64,000 nt of DNA, from NCBI GenBank assembly GCA_977020255.1, contig CDROCS010002834.1, forward strand, positions 186,001 through 250,000. Reading direction: 5' to 3'. Of the stretch, positions 46,945 through 58,962 are shown one piece after another; position 1 is the stretch's first letter, and every line of letters begins with the position of its first letter. The notes under the pieces are model-generated. The model was given only the letters and a program-made list of their open reading frames with translations. It made no database searches and was not told where the DNA came from. The stretch is from Obrimoposthia wandeli (lineage: Eukaryota). Made by a program: the position numbers and the translations under genes.

Positions 46945-48206
46945 TTGAATGTCACCCTCTCTGGTAGTGGTTTCGTCGCTTCATTTTTACTGTACACAAA
47001 CAATAAAATGAAGAACATAAAGTACCCAAGGCTGAAGACCCGAGCCATATAGGTATAAAGTTCTGTCGCAGGTAGCGAGCCCAGAATACCAAGAGCAATA
47101 AAGCTAATTGTAAACTGAATAATATTCGCTAAATGCAGCTTACTACGGTAACGGTAAGAACGAACTTTACAACGATCAAACCATGGTAGTAAGAACAAGA
47201 AGACAATCGACGCCCCCATCGCAGCAATACCCAACAACTTATCGGGCACCGCACGCAAAATGGCGTAAAACGGAGTGAAATACCATACAGGCGCAATATG
47301 TTCAGGTGTTTTCAATGGGTTTGCTGCTTCAAAGTTAGGTGGTTCAAGGAAGTAACCGCCCATCTCTGGATTGAAAAACAACACATAACTGAACAAAAAT
47401 GCGAAGACAGCGACACCGACTAAATCTTTCACCGTACCGTAAGGATGGAATGGGATTGAATCAATGACATCATACTTGCCACTGTATTGCTTGTGGAATG
47501 GGAATTGCGTCTTGTAGCCTTCCCCTTTACTGCCTTTCGGAAGTTTAGTCTCGATACCATCAGGGTTGTTTGAACCCACTTCATGCAGTGCAAGTACATG
47601 CAATACAATCAATAATAACAATACAATAGGAAGAGCAATCACGTGAAGTGCAAAGAAACGGTTTAACGTCGCACCAGAAATAACATAATCACCACGAATC
47701 CATAGTGTTAAGTCATCACCAATTACAGGAATAGCACCAAACAGTGAAATGATTACCTGCGCGCCCCAGTAAGACATTTGTCCCCAAGGTAGCAAGTAAC
47801 CCATGAAAGCTTCAGCCATTAACACGAGGAAAATCAGCATACCAAATAGCCACAATAATTCGCGAGGCTTTTGATAAGAACCGTAAATTAACCCTCGAAA
47901 CATATGCAAATATACAACAATAAAGAACGCAGATGCGCCCGTTGAATGCATATAACGCAGTAGCCAACCGTAGTCCACATCACGCATGATGTATTCCACA
48001 GAAGCAAATGCACCATCACCAGATGGAACATAATTCATGGTAAGCCAAACACCCGTGACTAGCTGATTAACCAATACCAACATGGCTAATGAACCAAAAA
48101 TATACCAAAAGTTAAAGTTCTTCGGCATAGGGTATTCTGATAAATGCTTTTTATAAGCATCCATCACGGGTAAACGTTTTTCAATCCAACCGAGTAAAGC
48201 GTCCAT
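46941..48206 (-). CDS. petB: Cytochrome b
   Basis: RYMHSTGAS, LPWGQMSYWGAQVI and the PVWY Qo motif. Confidence 0.97.
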   Translation of the reverse strand: MDALLGWIEKRLPVMDAYKKHLSEYPMPKNFNFWYIFGSLAMLVLVNQLVTGVWLTMNYVPSGDGAFASVEYIMRDVDYGWLLRYMHSTGASAFFIVVYLHMFRGLIYGSYQKPRELLWLFGMLIFLVLMAEAFMGYLLPWGQMSYWGAQVIISLFGAIPVIGDDLTLWIRGDYVISGATLNRFFALHVIALPIVLLLLIVLHVLALHEVGSNNPDGIETKLPKGSKGEGYKTQFPFHKQYSGKYDVIDSIPFHPYGTVKDLVGVAVFAFLFSYVLFFNPEMGGYFLEPPNFEAANPLKTPEHIAPVWYFTPFYAILRAVPDKLLGIAAMGASIVFLFLLPWFDRCKVRSYRYRSKLHLANIIQFTISFIALGILGSLPATELYTYMARVFSLGYFMFFILLFVYSKNEATKPLPERVTFK

Positions 48207-48796
48207 TAGGCAGCCCCCTCATCAATACCGATAATAATCGAATGATCGTTAATGAACATATGCGGCGGTACCACCAAGTTTAACGGTGCAGGTACGCCAG
48301 CAAATACACGACCAGCCATATCGAACTTTGAACCATGACAAGGACAGAAGAAACCTGAACTAACACCGCTCACTTGTTCACTAAAACTGTCTGGTAAATA
48401 GGTAGGGGAACAACCGAGGTGAGTACAGATACCTACGGCTAAAAAGATTTCAGGTTTAACTGAACGAAACTTATTATGGGCATAAGTAGGTTGCTGCGGT
48501 TCATCCGAATTAGGATCACGAAGCTGAGCATCATGCTCACCTAACTCTTTCAAAATGGCATCACCACGACGCACAACCCAAACTGGTTTACCACGCCATT
48601 CGACGCGAACCATTTGGCCATCTTCCAACTTACTAATATCAACTTCAACTGGAGCCCCAGCAGCTTTCGCTCTAGCACTTGGGTTCCACGATTTGATAAA
48701 AGGTACGGCTACAGCTGCTGCACCCAGACCTCCAACAACCGAAGTCGTCGCAGTTAGGAAGCGGCGTCTGCCGTTACTTACTGGCGCATTGCTCAT
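48206..48796 (-). CDS. petA: Rieske iron-sulfur protein
   Basis: Tat motif RRRFL, CTHLGC and CPCHGS. Confidence 0.97.
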   Translation of the reverse strand: MSNAPVSNGRRRFLTATTSVVGGLGAAAVAVPFIKSWNPSARAKAAGAPVEVDISKLEDGQMVRVEWRGKPVWVVRRGDAILKELGEHDAQLRDPNSDEPQQPTYAHNKFRSVKPEIFLAVGICTHLGCSPTYLPDSFSEQVSGVSSGFFCPCHGSKFDMAGRVFAGVPAPLNLVVPPHMFINDHSIIIGIDEGAA

Positions 48797-49053
48797 CCAA
48801 ACATTCTCCAATGTGCTCCCGCGCTGGATTATTATTATTTCCTTATGCGTCCCTGGAGCTTACAACTAACTTTAAAACAAAAAGATACAACAGATATTTT
48901 GTTACAATTTACAGCTATGATTAACAAGCCAAATGATAAAGAAAACCCCACTTTTTGACAAGTTAAAGCTACTTCTTTGCAACAAATGTGAGAGGTATGT
49001 TCTTTTTGTTTCAAAACATAGTTAAATACATTAAAAAATGACATATTCAAGGC

Positions 49054-49082
49054 AAAAAAAAGCCCAACCCGAGGGCTGAGCT
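49054..49082 (-). terminator. rplM-rpsI terminator
   Basis: The minus strand reads AGCTCAGCC-CTCG-GGTTGGGCT-TTTTTTT. Confidence 0.85.
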
Positions 49083-49125
49083 TTTCTGGCACACAGTAAC
49101 CAGATATAAAATCTGGCGCGTAATA

Positions 49126-49518
49126 TTAACGCTTTGAGAACTGTGGCTTACGACGTGCTTTACGTAGACCGACTTTCTTACGCTCAACTTTACGTGCATC
49201 ACGAGTTACATAACCCGCTGAACGTAGAGTAGGACGTAGAGTCTCATCGTATTCCATAAGTGCACGGGTAATACCGTGACGAATAGCGCCAGATTGACCA
49301 GTAATACCACCACCTTTAACAGTGATGTTTAGGTCAAACTTGTCTACCATGTCTAGAAGAACTAGCGGCTGGTTAACAACCATGCGAGCTGTTTCACGAC
49401 CGAAGTAAACTTCAAGGCTACGCTTGTTGATTACAATTTTGCCAGTACCCGGTTTGATAAAAACGCGAGCAGCTGAGCTTTTGCGACGGCCAGTGCCGTA
49501 GTATTGATTCTCTGCCAT
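49126..49518 (-). CDS. rpsI: 30S ribosomal protein S9
   Basis: [15 protein letters not shown]...RKPQFSKR. Confidence 0.99.
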   Translation of the reverse strand: MAENQYYGTGRRKSSAARVFIKPGTGKIVINKRSLEVYFGRETARMVVNQPLVLLDMVDKFDLNITVKGGGITGQSGAIRHGITRALMEYDETLRPTLRSAGYVTRDARKVERKKVGLRKARRKPQFSKR

Positions 49519-49533
49519 TGTCATAATTCCCAA

Positions 49534-49962
49534 TTAGATGTCTAGTACTTTAGGCTGCTGTGCAGCATGGTTGTGCTCAGTACCCGCATAAACTTTAAGT
49601 TTACGGTACATTGCACGGCCTAGAGGACCCTTAGGAAGCATGCCTTTAACAGCAGTTTCGATAACCATTTCTGGCTTCTTATCGATAAGCTTTTCAAAGC
49701 TGATTGACTTAAGACCACCGATGAAACCTGTGTGGTGGTGGTACATCTTGTCAGTTCTCTTAGCGCCAGTTACAGCAACTTTTTCAGCGTTGATAACTAC
49801 AATGTAGTCACCAGTGTCAACGTGCGGAGTGTACTCCGGCTTATGCTTACCACGTAGACGAGATGCGATTTGAGTTGCTAGACGGCCAAGAGTTTTACCT
49901 TCAGCGTCAACAACATACCAGTCACGTTTTACAGTTTCTGGTTTAGCAACGAAAGTTTTCAT
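49534..49962 (-). CDS. rplM: 50S ribosomal protein L13
   Basis: [20 protein letters not shown]...KLKVYAG. Confidence 0.99.
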
Positions 49963-50136
49963 GCTAATAATTACCCGATAATAAAATTAATTCACTTAAA
50001 AGGAACACCCAAAACGGTATTCCTTCACTGTACAGAGCCCCAGTCATCACCCCTTCGAGCGGTTGGCACTCCCGACTTTCGTCGATACAGGTACGGTGGG
50101 TCGCAAGATTATAGGGAAGGGTGGAGAAAAAATCAC
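49963..50136 (-). promoter_or_regulatory. rplM promoter and structured leader (L13 autoregulation region)
   Basis: GTGATT-17 bp-TATAAT (50108-50136) with a GC-rich discriminator. The leader contains GAAGGGGTGAT and TTTTGGGTGTTCC segments like the gamma-proteobacterial rplM leader. Confidence 0.65.
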
Positions 50137-50249
50137 CTTTTTTTCCAAAAAAAATGATTTTTTTTCTTTTTAGTCAAAATATCGCTTAAAAGTCAGATAT
50201 TTTGATGCCTTCATTAGCAGTATTAACCTTATTCGTTCTGAATGATTGA

Positions 50250-51353
50250 TTAAGGTAAATGCGGTTTTGCTAGATAATCGTGGCTTTGCATCTCAATAAG
50301 ACGTGAACAACAGCGTTTAAACTCAAATTCTAAGCGACCATCACGATAAAGGCTATCTAGCCCTGCTGCTGCTGAAATAATCAATTTCACATTGCGCTCA
50401 TAAAATTCATCCACCATGGCAATAAATCGACGCGCAGCGTCATCTTCATTCCCTCCCATAACAATAACGTCAGATAATAATACCGTGTGGTAAATACGCG
50501 CTATTTCCATATAGTCGGTTTGACTGCGTGCTGTCTGACATAACGTATTGAAGGTGAAATGGACAACCCCATCAGCTTCTCGCACCGTGGGCAACATGCG
50601 ATTATTAATTTCAATTTCGTTCTGTTGAGTTCTTGGCTCTACCGACAGTTGCATAAAATACTGTTCAATATTGATCTGTGCTTGTTCATCTAACGGGGAA
50701 TGATATATTTCAGCTTGATCTAAAGTACGAAGCCGATAATCAATGCCGGAATCAACATTAACAACAAAACAATGCTCTTGAATCAGTGCGATTGCAGGTA
50801 AAAAACGCGCACGTTGCAAACCATTGCGATAAAGATCTTCTGGGGGAATATTTGACGTTGCGACTAACGTAATACCGCGCTTAAACAATGCATCAAATAG
50901 CGTACCTAGAATCATCGCATCAGTAATATCAGCAACAAAAAACTCATCGAAGCAGATAATGTCGGTTTCAGATTTAAAAATCTCTGCAACCTGTTCGAGA
51001 GGATCAGATTGAGCACCGAGCTGCTGCATCTCATGATGAACGCGGTGCATGAAGCGGTGAAAGTGCATTCGCATTTTGCGTTCTGTTGGCAAGCATTCGA
51101 AGAATGTATCCACCAGATACGTTTTACCTCGCCCTACTCCTCCCCAGAAATACACCCCTTTAACGGGCGTAATCGCCACGGGCTTATGATGACGTTTAAA
51201 AAAACGGCCAACTAAAGAAGGTTTCACTTCCGGTTGCGGAAGTAGCATGCGATGGTAGAGATCATCAAGGTGTGCAACGGCATTTGCTTGTGCCTCATCA
51301 GCAAAAAAGTCTTCTTGCTTAAGATCTAGTTGATATTGCTGTTTTGGCGTCAT
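50250..51353 (-). CDS. zapE: AFG1-family ATPase ZapE
   Basis: WGGVGRGKTYL, CFDEFFV and RCCSRLIEMQS. Confidence 0.96.
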   Translation of the reverse strand: MTPKQQYQLDLKQEDFFADEAQANAVAHLDDLYHRMLLPQPEVKPSLVGRFFKRHHKPVAITPVKGVYFWGGVGRGKTYLVDTFFECLPTERKMRMHFHRFMHRVHHEMQQLGAQSDPLEQVAEIFKSETDIICFDEFFVADITDAMILGTLFDALFKRGITLVATSNIPPEDLYRNGLQRARFLPAIALIQEHCFVVNVDSGIDYRLRTLDQAEIYHSPLDEQAQINIEQYFMQLSVEPRTQQNEIEINNRMLPTVREADGVVHFTFNTLCQTARSQTDYMEIARIYHTVLLSDVIVMGGNEDDAARRFIAMVDEFYERNVKLIISAAAGLDSLYRDGRLEFEFKRCCSRLIEMQSHDYLAKPHLP

Positions 51354-51532
51354 CCTGAACCCACTACCTTGTTAACATCCGTACAAATGCTCTTAAGACT
51401 GTCAATAACAATCTGCGTTAACGTGAGACCATCGGTTAATCTCAATAAATAGAGTACCATGCCTGATTCTCTGCATGTATAGTAAATAGACAGGCTTAAA
51501 CCTAATTTCAATTCAGTCAAAAGGAGTTTTTT

Positions 51533-51970
51533 ATGGCTTGGATTTATGCGCTTATTATTTTCGTCGCTGGTGCTATTGTTGGTGCGTTTGCCGCACGCTT
51601 AGGCAATAAAAGCCTAAAACAACAAAAAGAGCTAAAGAAAGATCTCGATAAATCAAAATACGAACTAGAGCAATACCGTCAAGAACTTGTTGACCATTTC
51701 GCTCGTAGTGCAGAGCTGCTTGATAATGTCGCTAAAGACTACAGTAAGCTTTATGAGCATATGGCAAAAACATCGACCGAGCTAATGCCTAATTTACCAG
51801 AGCAAGATAATCCCTTTGCTCGCCGCATTAGTACACTCGCAGCGGTGAAGCAGCCAGCAGAGCCATTGCATGATCAACCTCGCGATTATGCGAGTGGTGC
51901 AACGGGTCTTTTCAACGATAAACCTGTTGAAGAAACACCAGCAAAAGTTGAAGAATCAAAAGCTAGCTAG
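51533..51970 (+). CDS. zapG: DUF1043 inner-membrane protein ZapG/YhcB
   Basis: N-terminal TM, coiled coil (LVDHFARSAELLD) and PRDYA. Confidence 0.9.
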   Translation: MAWIYALIIFVAGAIVGAFAARLGNKSLKQQKELKKDLDKSKYELEQYRQELVDHFARSAELLDNVAKDYSKLYEHMAKTSTELMPNLPEQDNPFARRISTLAAVKQPAEPLHDQPRDYASGATGLFNDKPVEETPAKVEESKAS

Positions 51971-52026
51971 TCAAAAATACCAGTATTAATTTCAATCAGT
52001 TCGATGAATGGTTGTGCTTCATATTG

Positions 52027-52054
52027 GGAACTTAGCTCCGGTTTACAGGTCGAA
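52027..52054 (+). promoter_or_regulatory. Sigma-E (RpoE) promoter of degQ
   Basis: GGAACTT-16 bp-TCGAA matches the RpoE consensus GAACTT-N16-TCnaA and lies 31 bp before the ATG. Confidence 0.75.
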
Positions 52055-52085
52055 ATAAGCACTTGTTAAACCGGAGTTAACTATA

Positions 52086-53456
52086 ATGAAGAAACCTTTA
52101 CTTGTTTTAAGTGCACTCGCACTCGGTATCAGCTCTGTTATAACCCCTATAACAGCAACCGCTGCCTTACCTGTATCTGTCAATAACCAACAACTCCCTA
52201 GCCTAGCACCTATGCTAGAAAGCGTGACACCCGCTGTTGTCAGCATTGCTGTCGAAGGGAAGCACACATCCACACAACAACTACCTGATTCATTCCGATT
52301 CTTTTTTGGCCCTGATTTTCCCGAAGAACAAATTAGAGAGCAGCCATTTCGAGGTTTAGGCTCTGGCGTTATTGTCGATGCAGGTAAAGGCTACATCGTT
52401 ACCAACCATCATGTTATTGATGGTGCAGACAAAATTATTGTTCAATTTTATGATGGCAGAGAGCTAACAGCAGAGCTGATTGGCAGCGATAAAATGTCGG
52501 ATATTGCTTTATTGCAAGTAAAGGCCCCAAAAGAACTTGCTGAAATCAAGTTTGCCGATTCTGACCAACTGCGTGTGGGTGATTATACGGTAGCAATAGG
52601 TAATCCATTTGGTTTAGGTCAAACGGTTACATCTGGCATTGTTTCTGCTCTTGGGCGAAGCGGCTTAAACATTGAAAACTTTGAAAACTTCATTCAAACC
52701 GATGCTGCAATTAATAGCGGTAACTCTGGTGGTGCTTTAGTTAACCTTAATGGCGAACTCATTGGTATCAATACCGCCATCCTTGGTCCAAACGGTGGGA
52801 ACGTCGGGATTGGTTTTGCCATTCCATCCAATATGGTCAGAAACCTTACAGAGCAAATATTAGAATTTGGCGAAGTTAAACGTGGCGTTCTTGGCGTACA
52901 AGGTGGTGAATTAACCGCTGAATTAGCCAAAGCGTTTGGCTACGAAACTAACCAAGGTGCCTTTGTTAACCAAGTAATGCCAGATTCATCGGCTGAAAAA
53001 GCAGGGCTAAAAGCTGGGGATATCATCGTTTCGGTAAACGGCAAAAACATCCGTACCTTTGGAGAATTACGCGCCAAAATTGCCACATTGGGGGCGGGTA
53101 AAAAAGTGACTCTGGGCATAGTGCGAGATGGTAGTCAGGCGCAGGATTTCACGGTGACACTACAAGAAATGACTCAAAACACCATGAAAGCTGATAGTTT
53201 ACATCCAGGATTAGTTGGTGCTGAATTTTCTAACACAAGCTCTAGCGATAAAACCAAAGGGGTTAGAGTCACTAACATTGATGAAAAATCTCTCGCAGCT
53301 CGCTATGGTTTACTGAAAGATGACATCATCATCGGGCTCAATCGTAGCCCCATTAAAAACTTAGGTGAATTACGTAAAGCGCTTGAAAAGAAACCAGCAG
53401 TATTAGCATTAGAAGTGCAACGCAAAGAAGCCGTACTTTATTTAATCATTCGTTAA
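52086..53456 (+). CDS. degQ: HtrA-family periplasmic serine protease with two PDZ domains (DegQ/DegP)
   Basis: Signal peptide, TNHHVI, SDIAL, GNSGGAL triad and two PDZ domains. Confidence 0.93.
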   Translation: MKKPLLVLSALALGISSVITPITATAALPVSVNNQQLPSLAPMLESVTPAVVSIAVEGKHTSTQQLPDSFRFFFGPDFPEEQIREQPFRGLGSGVIVDAGKGYIVTNHHVIDGADKIIVQFYDGRELTAELIGSDKMSDIALLQVKAPKELAEIKFADSDQLRVGDYTVAIGNPFGLGQTVTSGIVSALGRSGLNIENFENFIQTDAAINSGNSGGALVNLNGELIGINTAILGPNGGNVGIGFAIPSNMVRNLTEQILEFGEVKRGVLGVQGGELTAELAKAFGYETNQGAFVNQVMPDSSAEKAGLKAGDIIVSVNGKNIRTFGELRAKIATLGAGKKVTLGIVRDGSQAQDFTVTLQEMTQNTMKADSLHPGLVGAEFSNTSSSDKTKGVRVTNIDEKSLAARYGLLKDDIIIGLNRSPIKNLGELRKALEKKPAVLALEVQRKEAVLYLIIR

Positions 53457-53719
53457 TCGACCATTTGTACTTTGCCTTGCCCCGAGCTTCTCTCTCGGGG
53501 CTATATTAGCTCTAAGCCCTTCTCCACCCCGCTTCACAATAACTCTCATCGTCGTTAAATTTATTTGGTATATCACTCTTAATCTCCGATACTTATCAAT
53601 AACTGTACGAAACGTATGGATTACACTAAATAAGCTGAATGAATCCGTTTGGTATCGAAGTCTTGGGATGATATCCTTCGCAGTCACTTTTCGTATTTTA
53701 ATGTATTCAGGGAGCATTG

Positions 53720-54808
53720 ATGCTGGCTTTCTTAAGTCGTTCTGTCTTACTCGGCATCGCTACAGCTGCGATATTACTCGTGGCTATTCCTGAATTACGT
53801 AGCCAAATGTTTACCTCTTCAGTTTCATTATCTGAACCGGATACCAAGCCAGCACAAATATCATTTAATAATGCCGTACGCCGAGCATCACCTGCTGTCG
53901 TTAATATTTATAACCGACGGTATGATGCTAATGATCGCTTAAAACTGAGTACCCAAGGGTTGGGTTCAGGTGTCATCATGAGTGATAAGGGCTATATCAT
54001 TACGAACTATCATGTCGTCGCACAAGCCGATCAAGTTATTATCGCGCTGCAGGATGGTCGTTTTTTCACTGGTCAACTTATTGGTAAAGACCAACGTACT
54101 GATATTGCGGTGCTAAAAATTCAAGCCGAAAACTTACCCGTAATTCCGCTAAACCCTAACTATAACCCGGTAGTTGGCGATGTCGTGTTAGCGATAGGTA
54201 ACCCCTACAATCTGGGTCAAACAACCACTTACGGAATCATTTCTGCCACTGGGCGTTCTGGCATGAGTTTTTATGGTCGCCAAGATTTCTTACAAACAGA
54301 TGCCGCGATCAATGAAGGAAACTCTGGGGGCGCTTTAGTCAATACACGTGGTGAGCTTGTCGGCATTAATACAGCCTCTTTCCAGCAGGCAACCGATATT
54401 GAAACATACGGTATTTCTTTTGCTATCCCTTATGAGCTGACCCATAAGATAATGAGAAAACTCATTGCTGATGGACGTGTCATTCGTGGTTATATTGGTA
54501 TTGATGGTCGTGAAATTAATCCTGTTATGGCACGCTTATACGATGCCGATCAAGTTAGCGGGATTATTGTGATGGGCATGGATCCTAATGGACCCGCTAC
54601 AAAAGCAGGGTTCAAGGCGCAAGACATCTTGGTTGAAATAGACGGTAAGCCTGTCACTGATATGCGTAATGTACTCGATATTGTGACAGAGTTACGTCCA
54701 GGTAGTACGGTTGAAATGAAAGTGCTTCGAAATGGTAAGCCGTTAATATTATCAGTGCCCATTACTGATGAACCAGAAGTGCCCGAGCCTGTAGCAACTA
54801 GCAACTAG
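53720..54808 (+). CDS. degS: Membrane-anchored stress-sensor protease DegS
   Basis: N-terminal anchor, TNYHVV, TDIAVL, GNSGGAL and a single PDZ. ATG 53720 has a GGAG SD. Confidence 0.95.
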   Translation: MLAFLSRSVLLGIATAAILLVAIPELRSQMFTSSVSLSEPDTKPAQISFNNAVRRASPAVVNIYNRRYDANDRLKLSTQGLGSGVIMSDKGYIITNYHVVAQADQVIIALQDGRFFTGQLIGKDQRTDIAVLKIQAENLPVIPLNPNYNPVVGDVVLAIGNPYNLGQTTTYGIISATGRSGMSFYGRQDFLQTDAAINEGNSGGALVNTRGELVGINTASFQQATDIETYGISFAIPYELTHKIMRKLIADGRVIRGYIGIDGREINPVMARLYDADQVSGIIVMGMDPNGPATKAGFKAQDILVEIDGKPVTDMRNVLDIVTELRPGSTVEMKVLRNGKPLILSVPITDEPEVPEPVATSN

Positions 54809-54844
54809 CAACTAGCAACTAGCAACTAGCAACTAGCAACTAGC
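54792..54844 (+). repeat. Perfect heptamer tandem repeat (TAGCAAC)x7 + TAGC overlapping the degS stop
   Basis: Counted directly: seven full units at 54792-54840 plus a 4-nt partial unit. Confidence 0.97.
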
Positions 54845-54864
54845 CGATTATTACAGATAGTTAT

Positions 54865-54893
54865 AAAAAAACCTCGCAGTGCGAGGTTTTTTT
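54865..54893. terminator. Bidirectional terminator for degS and murA
   Basis: AAAAAAACCTCGC-AGT-GCGAGGTTTTTTT. Confidence 0.92.
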
Positions 54894-55080
54894 GTTATAC
54901 GTCGATAACGTTAGTAATACCAATCTGGATAAGTGAATGGTCATAAATTTGCGCAGGGAAAATCGGTAAGAACAAGACAGAAATTGAAATAACTAGTGGT
55001 TCTAATTATAAAATTTCTAACGTAGTTATTATCGATTTTAACCAGCAAGAATGATCAGGTACTTATTTAGGTTGGTATAA

Positions 55081-56602
<1,522 letters not shown>

Positions 56603-56621
56603 AAGCTATCCTCTTTGCTGC

Positions 56622-56933
56622 TCACTTTATATAGGCAGCTAACATTGATTCTACATGACTTAGGCGTAGCAAAGTTTTGAGCTGCTCTGGTACATTTAAT
56701 AATGTGAGATCACACCTCGCATTAATTAACTGCTGAGATAAATGAAGCAACATCACCATGCCGGCAGAGTCTACCCGAGATAAGCCCGAAAGATCGAGTG
56801 TTACCTTTGAATCCTGTGGCATCCATTCACATCTTTGCCGCCAAAAAGCTGGAACTGTGTCACGTTCCAATACCCCTGACAAGCAATAATCACCATTATC
56901 CAAGCTCTGTAACCTAATCTTTGCTTTATTCAT
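56622..56933 (-). CDS. mlaB: STAS-domain subunit of the Mla system
   Basis: LDLSGLSRVDSAG STAS motif, directly after mlaC. Confidence 0.92.
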   Translation of the reverse strand: MNKAKIRLQSLDNGDYCLSGVLERDTVPAFWRQRCEWMPQDSKVTLDLSGLSRVDSAGMVMLLHLSQQLINARCDLTLLNVPEQLKTLLRLSHVESMLAAYIK

Positions 56934-57570
56934 TCGCACTCGCCTCACGGCGAATTGGTTTAGCGGCAAGAGTTATCAAATTTTGTGTTACAACATCAAT
57001 ACCTTTGGTACGAAGTTGCCCACTCCACTCACTTTGCTTGGTTGATATCATACTGACACCTTCAGCCACCATGTCAAAACCCTGCCATTCATTGGTTTTT
57101 TTATTTTTACGTAATTTAAAATCTAAACGAATAGGTGGGCGTTTCGTATCAACAATATCAATACGTATAGAAACGATCGTACGATCAGCAGGAATGGTTT
57201 TCGGTGACTCTATTTTTATATCCTGATTCGTATATTGCGTTAATACTTGTGCATAAGAAGCCACCAAATAATCAGTAAACGCATCAACGAAGTCATTACG
57301 CTGCTCTTTCGTGGTCTTCTTCAGTTGAGGACCTAATACTTTATACGCGGCATAACGCGTATTAATGTAAGGCAATAGCTCTGCTTTAACGACAGTACGT
57401 AAATAATCTGGGTTGGCTTGGATTTTTCCCTGCTCTGCCTTCAGGCGATCAAATGTTGTCTGAGAAACTGTCGCCATCATCGTATAGGGGTTAGTGGTAT
57501 CAACCGTTGCAGCGCTAGCAAACAATGGCAATGACGCTAAACAAAAGAAAACATATCGAATCAATTTCAT
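56926..57570 (-). CDS. mlaC: Periplasmic phospholipid shuttle
   Basis: Signal peptide, ELLPYIN, FDMVAEGVSM and QSEW. Confidence 0.94.
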   Translation of the reverse strand: MKLIRYVFFCLASLPLFASAATVDTTNPYTMMATVSQTTFDRLKAEQGKIQANPDYLRTVVKAELLPYINTRYAAYKVLGPQLKKTTKEQRNDFVDAFTDYLVASYAQVLTQYTNQDIKIESPKTIPADRTIVSIRIDIVDTKRPPIRLDFKLRKNKKTNEWQGFDMVAEGVSMISTKQSEWSGQLRTKGIDVVTQNLITLAAKPIRREASANE

Positions 57571-57581
57571 TATCTACCTAC

Positions 57582-58061
57582 TTATTTATCACTATCGCCG
57601 CCAATGCTATACAGCACTTGACCAATCATATCTTCTAAAACTAAGGCTGATCTTGTGTCTTCCACTAAATCGCCATCATGTAGCATCTCGATATCATCAT
57701 CGATAAAACCAGGGCTTATGCCTAAGTATTGCTCACCCAATAAACCAGCCGTCAAGATAGCCGCCGAGCTGGTTTCAGGGAAGTACCCGTATTTTTTCTC
57801 AATCGCCATTGTCACAACGGGTGTAAAGCTCTCGGCATCAAGGCTAATATCGATAATACGCCCAACTGAAACACCACCGATTTTTATCGGCGAACGGACT
57901 TTTAATCCACCGATATTATCGAAATGCGCCTTCAAGGTGTATGTATCATTAGTGCCAATGTTCTGCACATCAGCCACTTTAAAAACCAGCACAAGTAACG
58001 CGGCAATACCTGCCATGACAAATGTACCTACCCATAATTCTAATTTTTTATTTTGATGCAT
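57582..58061 (-). CDS. mlaD: MCE-domain protein MlaD
   Basis: ELWVGTF TM, FDNIGGLKVRSPIKIGGV and TAGLLGEQY. The start could be 58082. Confidence 0.95.
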   Translation of the reverse strand: MHQNKKLELWVGTFVMAGIAALLVLVFKVADVQNIGTNDTYTLKAHFDNIGGLKVRSPIKIGGVSVGRIIDISLDAESFTPVVTMAIEKKYGYFPETSSAAILTAGLLGEQYLGISPGFIDDDIEMLHDGDLVEDTRSALVLEDMIGQVLYSIGGDSDK

Positions 58062-58150
58062 CCGTTTATTCCCAACATCCATTAATAACAGCACACCTTA
58101 AACGCGTTAATATTTTGCGTTGTATGCAGTAAAAATATTTTCTATTCGTG

Positions 58151-58933
58151 TTAATTACCAAACATTAAGGCTGTCAGGATAAAGTCTAGCCCTAATACCG
58201 CTAATGATGAATTAACAACGGTTCGTGTTGTTGCACGACTAATACCTTCCGAGGTAGGAATAGCATCATAACCATTGAATACTGCAATCCATGTAATGGT
58301 AATCGCAAAAACTACTGACTTGATAAAGCTATTACCAATATCTTCCCCTAGCTCCACAGAAGCCTGCATAACAGACCAAAAGCTTCCGTAATCAATGCCT
58401 TTCCAATCAACCCCTACTAGCTGCCCGCCCCAAATACCCACGGCGCTAAACATCATCGCCAATAAAGGCATAGAAATAACCCCCGCCCAAAAACGTGGTG
58501 CGATAACCCGTCGTAGGGGATCTACCGCCATCATTTCCATACTGGATAATTGTTCAGTGGTTTTCATTAAGCCAATTTCGGCAGTTAATGCAGAACCGGC
58601 TCTGCCCGCGAAAAGCAATGCCGTCACAACAGGACCAAGTTCTCGCAATAATGACAATGCCACCATTTGACCTAAACTGGTTTCGGCCCCAAAATCCACT
58701 AAAACAATATAGCCTTGCAGGCTAAGTACCATGCCAATAAATAAGCCTGACACCATAATAATGGCGATAGATAAAACACCCACTGAATACAATTGCTTCA
58801 TCAACAGTGGAAACATTTTTTTCGGTTGCGGTTTACTGACTAGCGCGCCGTACAGTAATAATGTTGCGCGACCGATAGTCTGAAACTTTTCAATCCCTTG
58901 ACGTCCGACGCTCGCAATAAAGTCAATGAGCAT
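58151..58933 (-). CDS. mlaE: Mla permease
   Basis: [29 protein letters not shown]. Confidence 0.97.
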   Translation of the reverse strand: MLIDFIASVGRQGIEKFQTIGRATLLLYGALVSKPQPKKMFPLLMKQLYSVGVLSIAIIMVSGLFIGMVLSLQGYIVLVDFGAETSLGQMVALSLLRELGPVVTALLFAGRAGSALTAEIGLMKTTEQLSSMEMMAVDPLRRVIAPRFWAGVISMPLLAMMFSAVGIWGGQLVGVDWKGIDYGSFWSVMQASVELGEDIGNSFIKSVVFAITITWIAVFNGYDAIPTSEGISRATTRTVVNSSLAVLGLDFILTALMFGN

Positions 58934-58953
58934 AATTAAAACTGCCTTTCCCT

Positions 58954-58962
58954 ATTATACCA
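58954..58962 (-). promoter_or_regulatory. Candidate extended -10 promoter for mlaEDCB-ibaG-murA
   Basis: Perfect TGgTATAAT, 21 bp upstream of the mlaE ATG in a 172-bp gap. Confidence 0.55.

Noticed and set aside
48917-48926. ArcA-like box TGTTAATCAT upstream of petA
   Set aside because: It is plausible biologically, but a 10-nt AT-rich match in an AT-rich spacer is too weak to call without a matrix scan.
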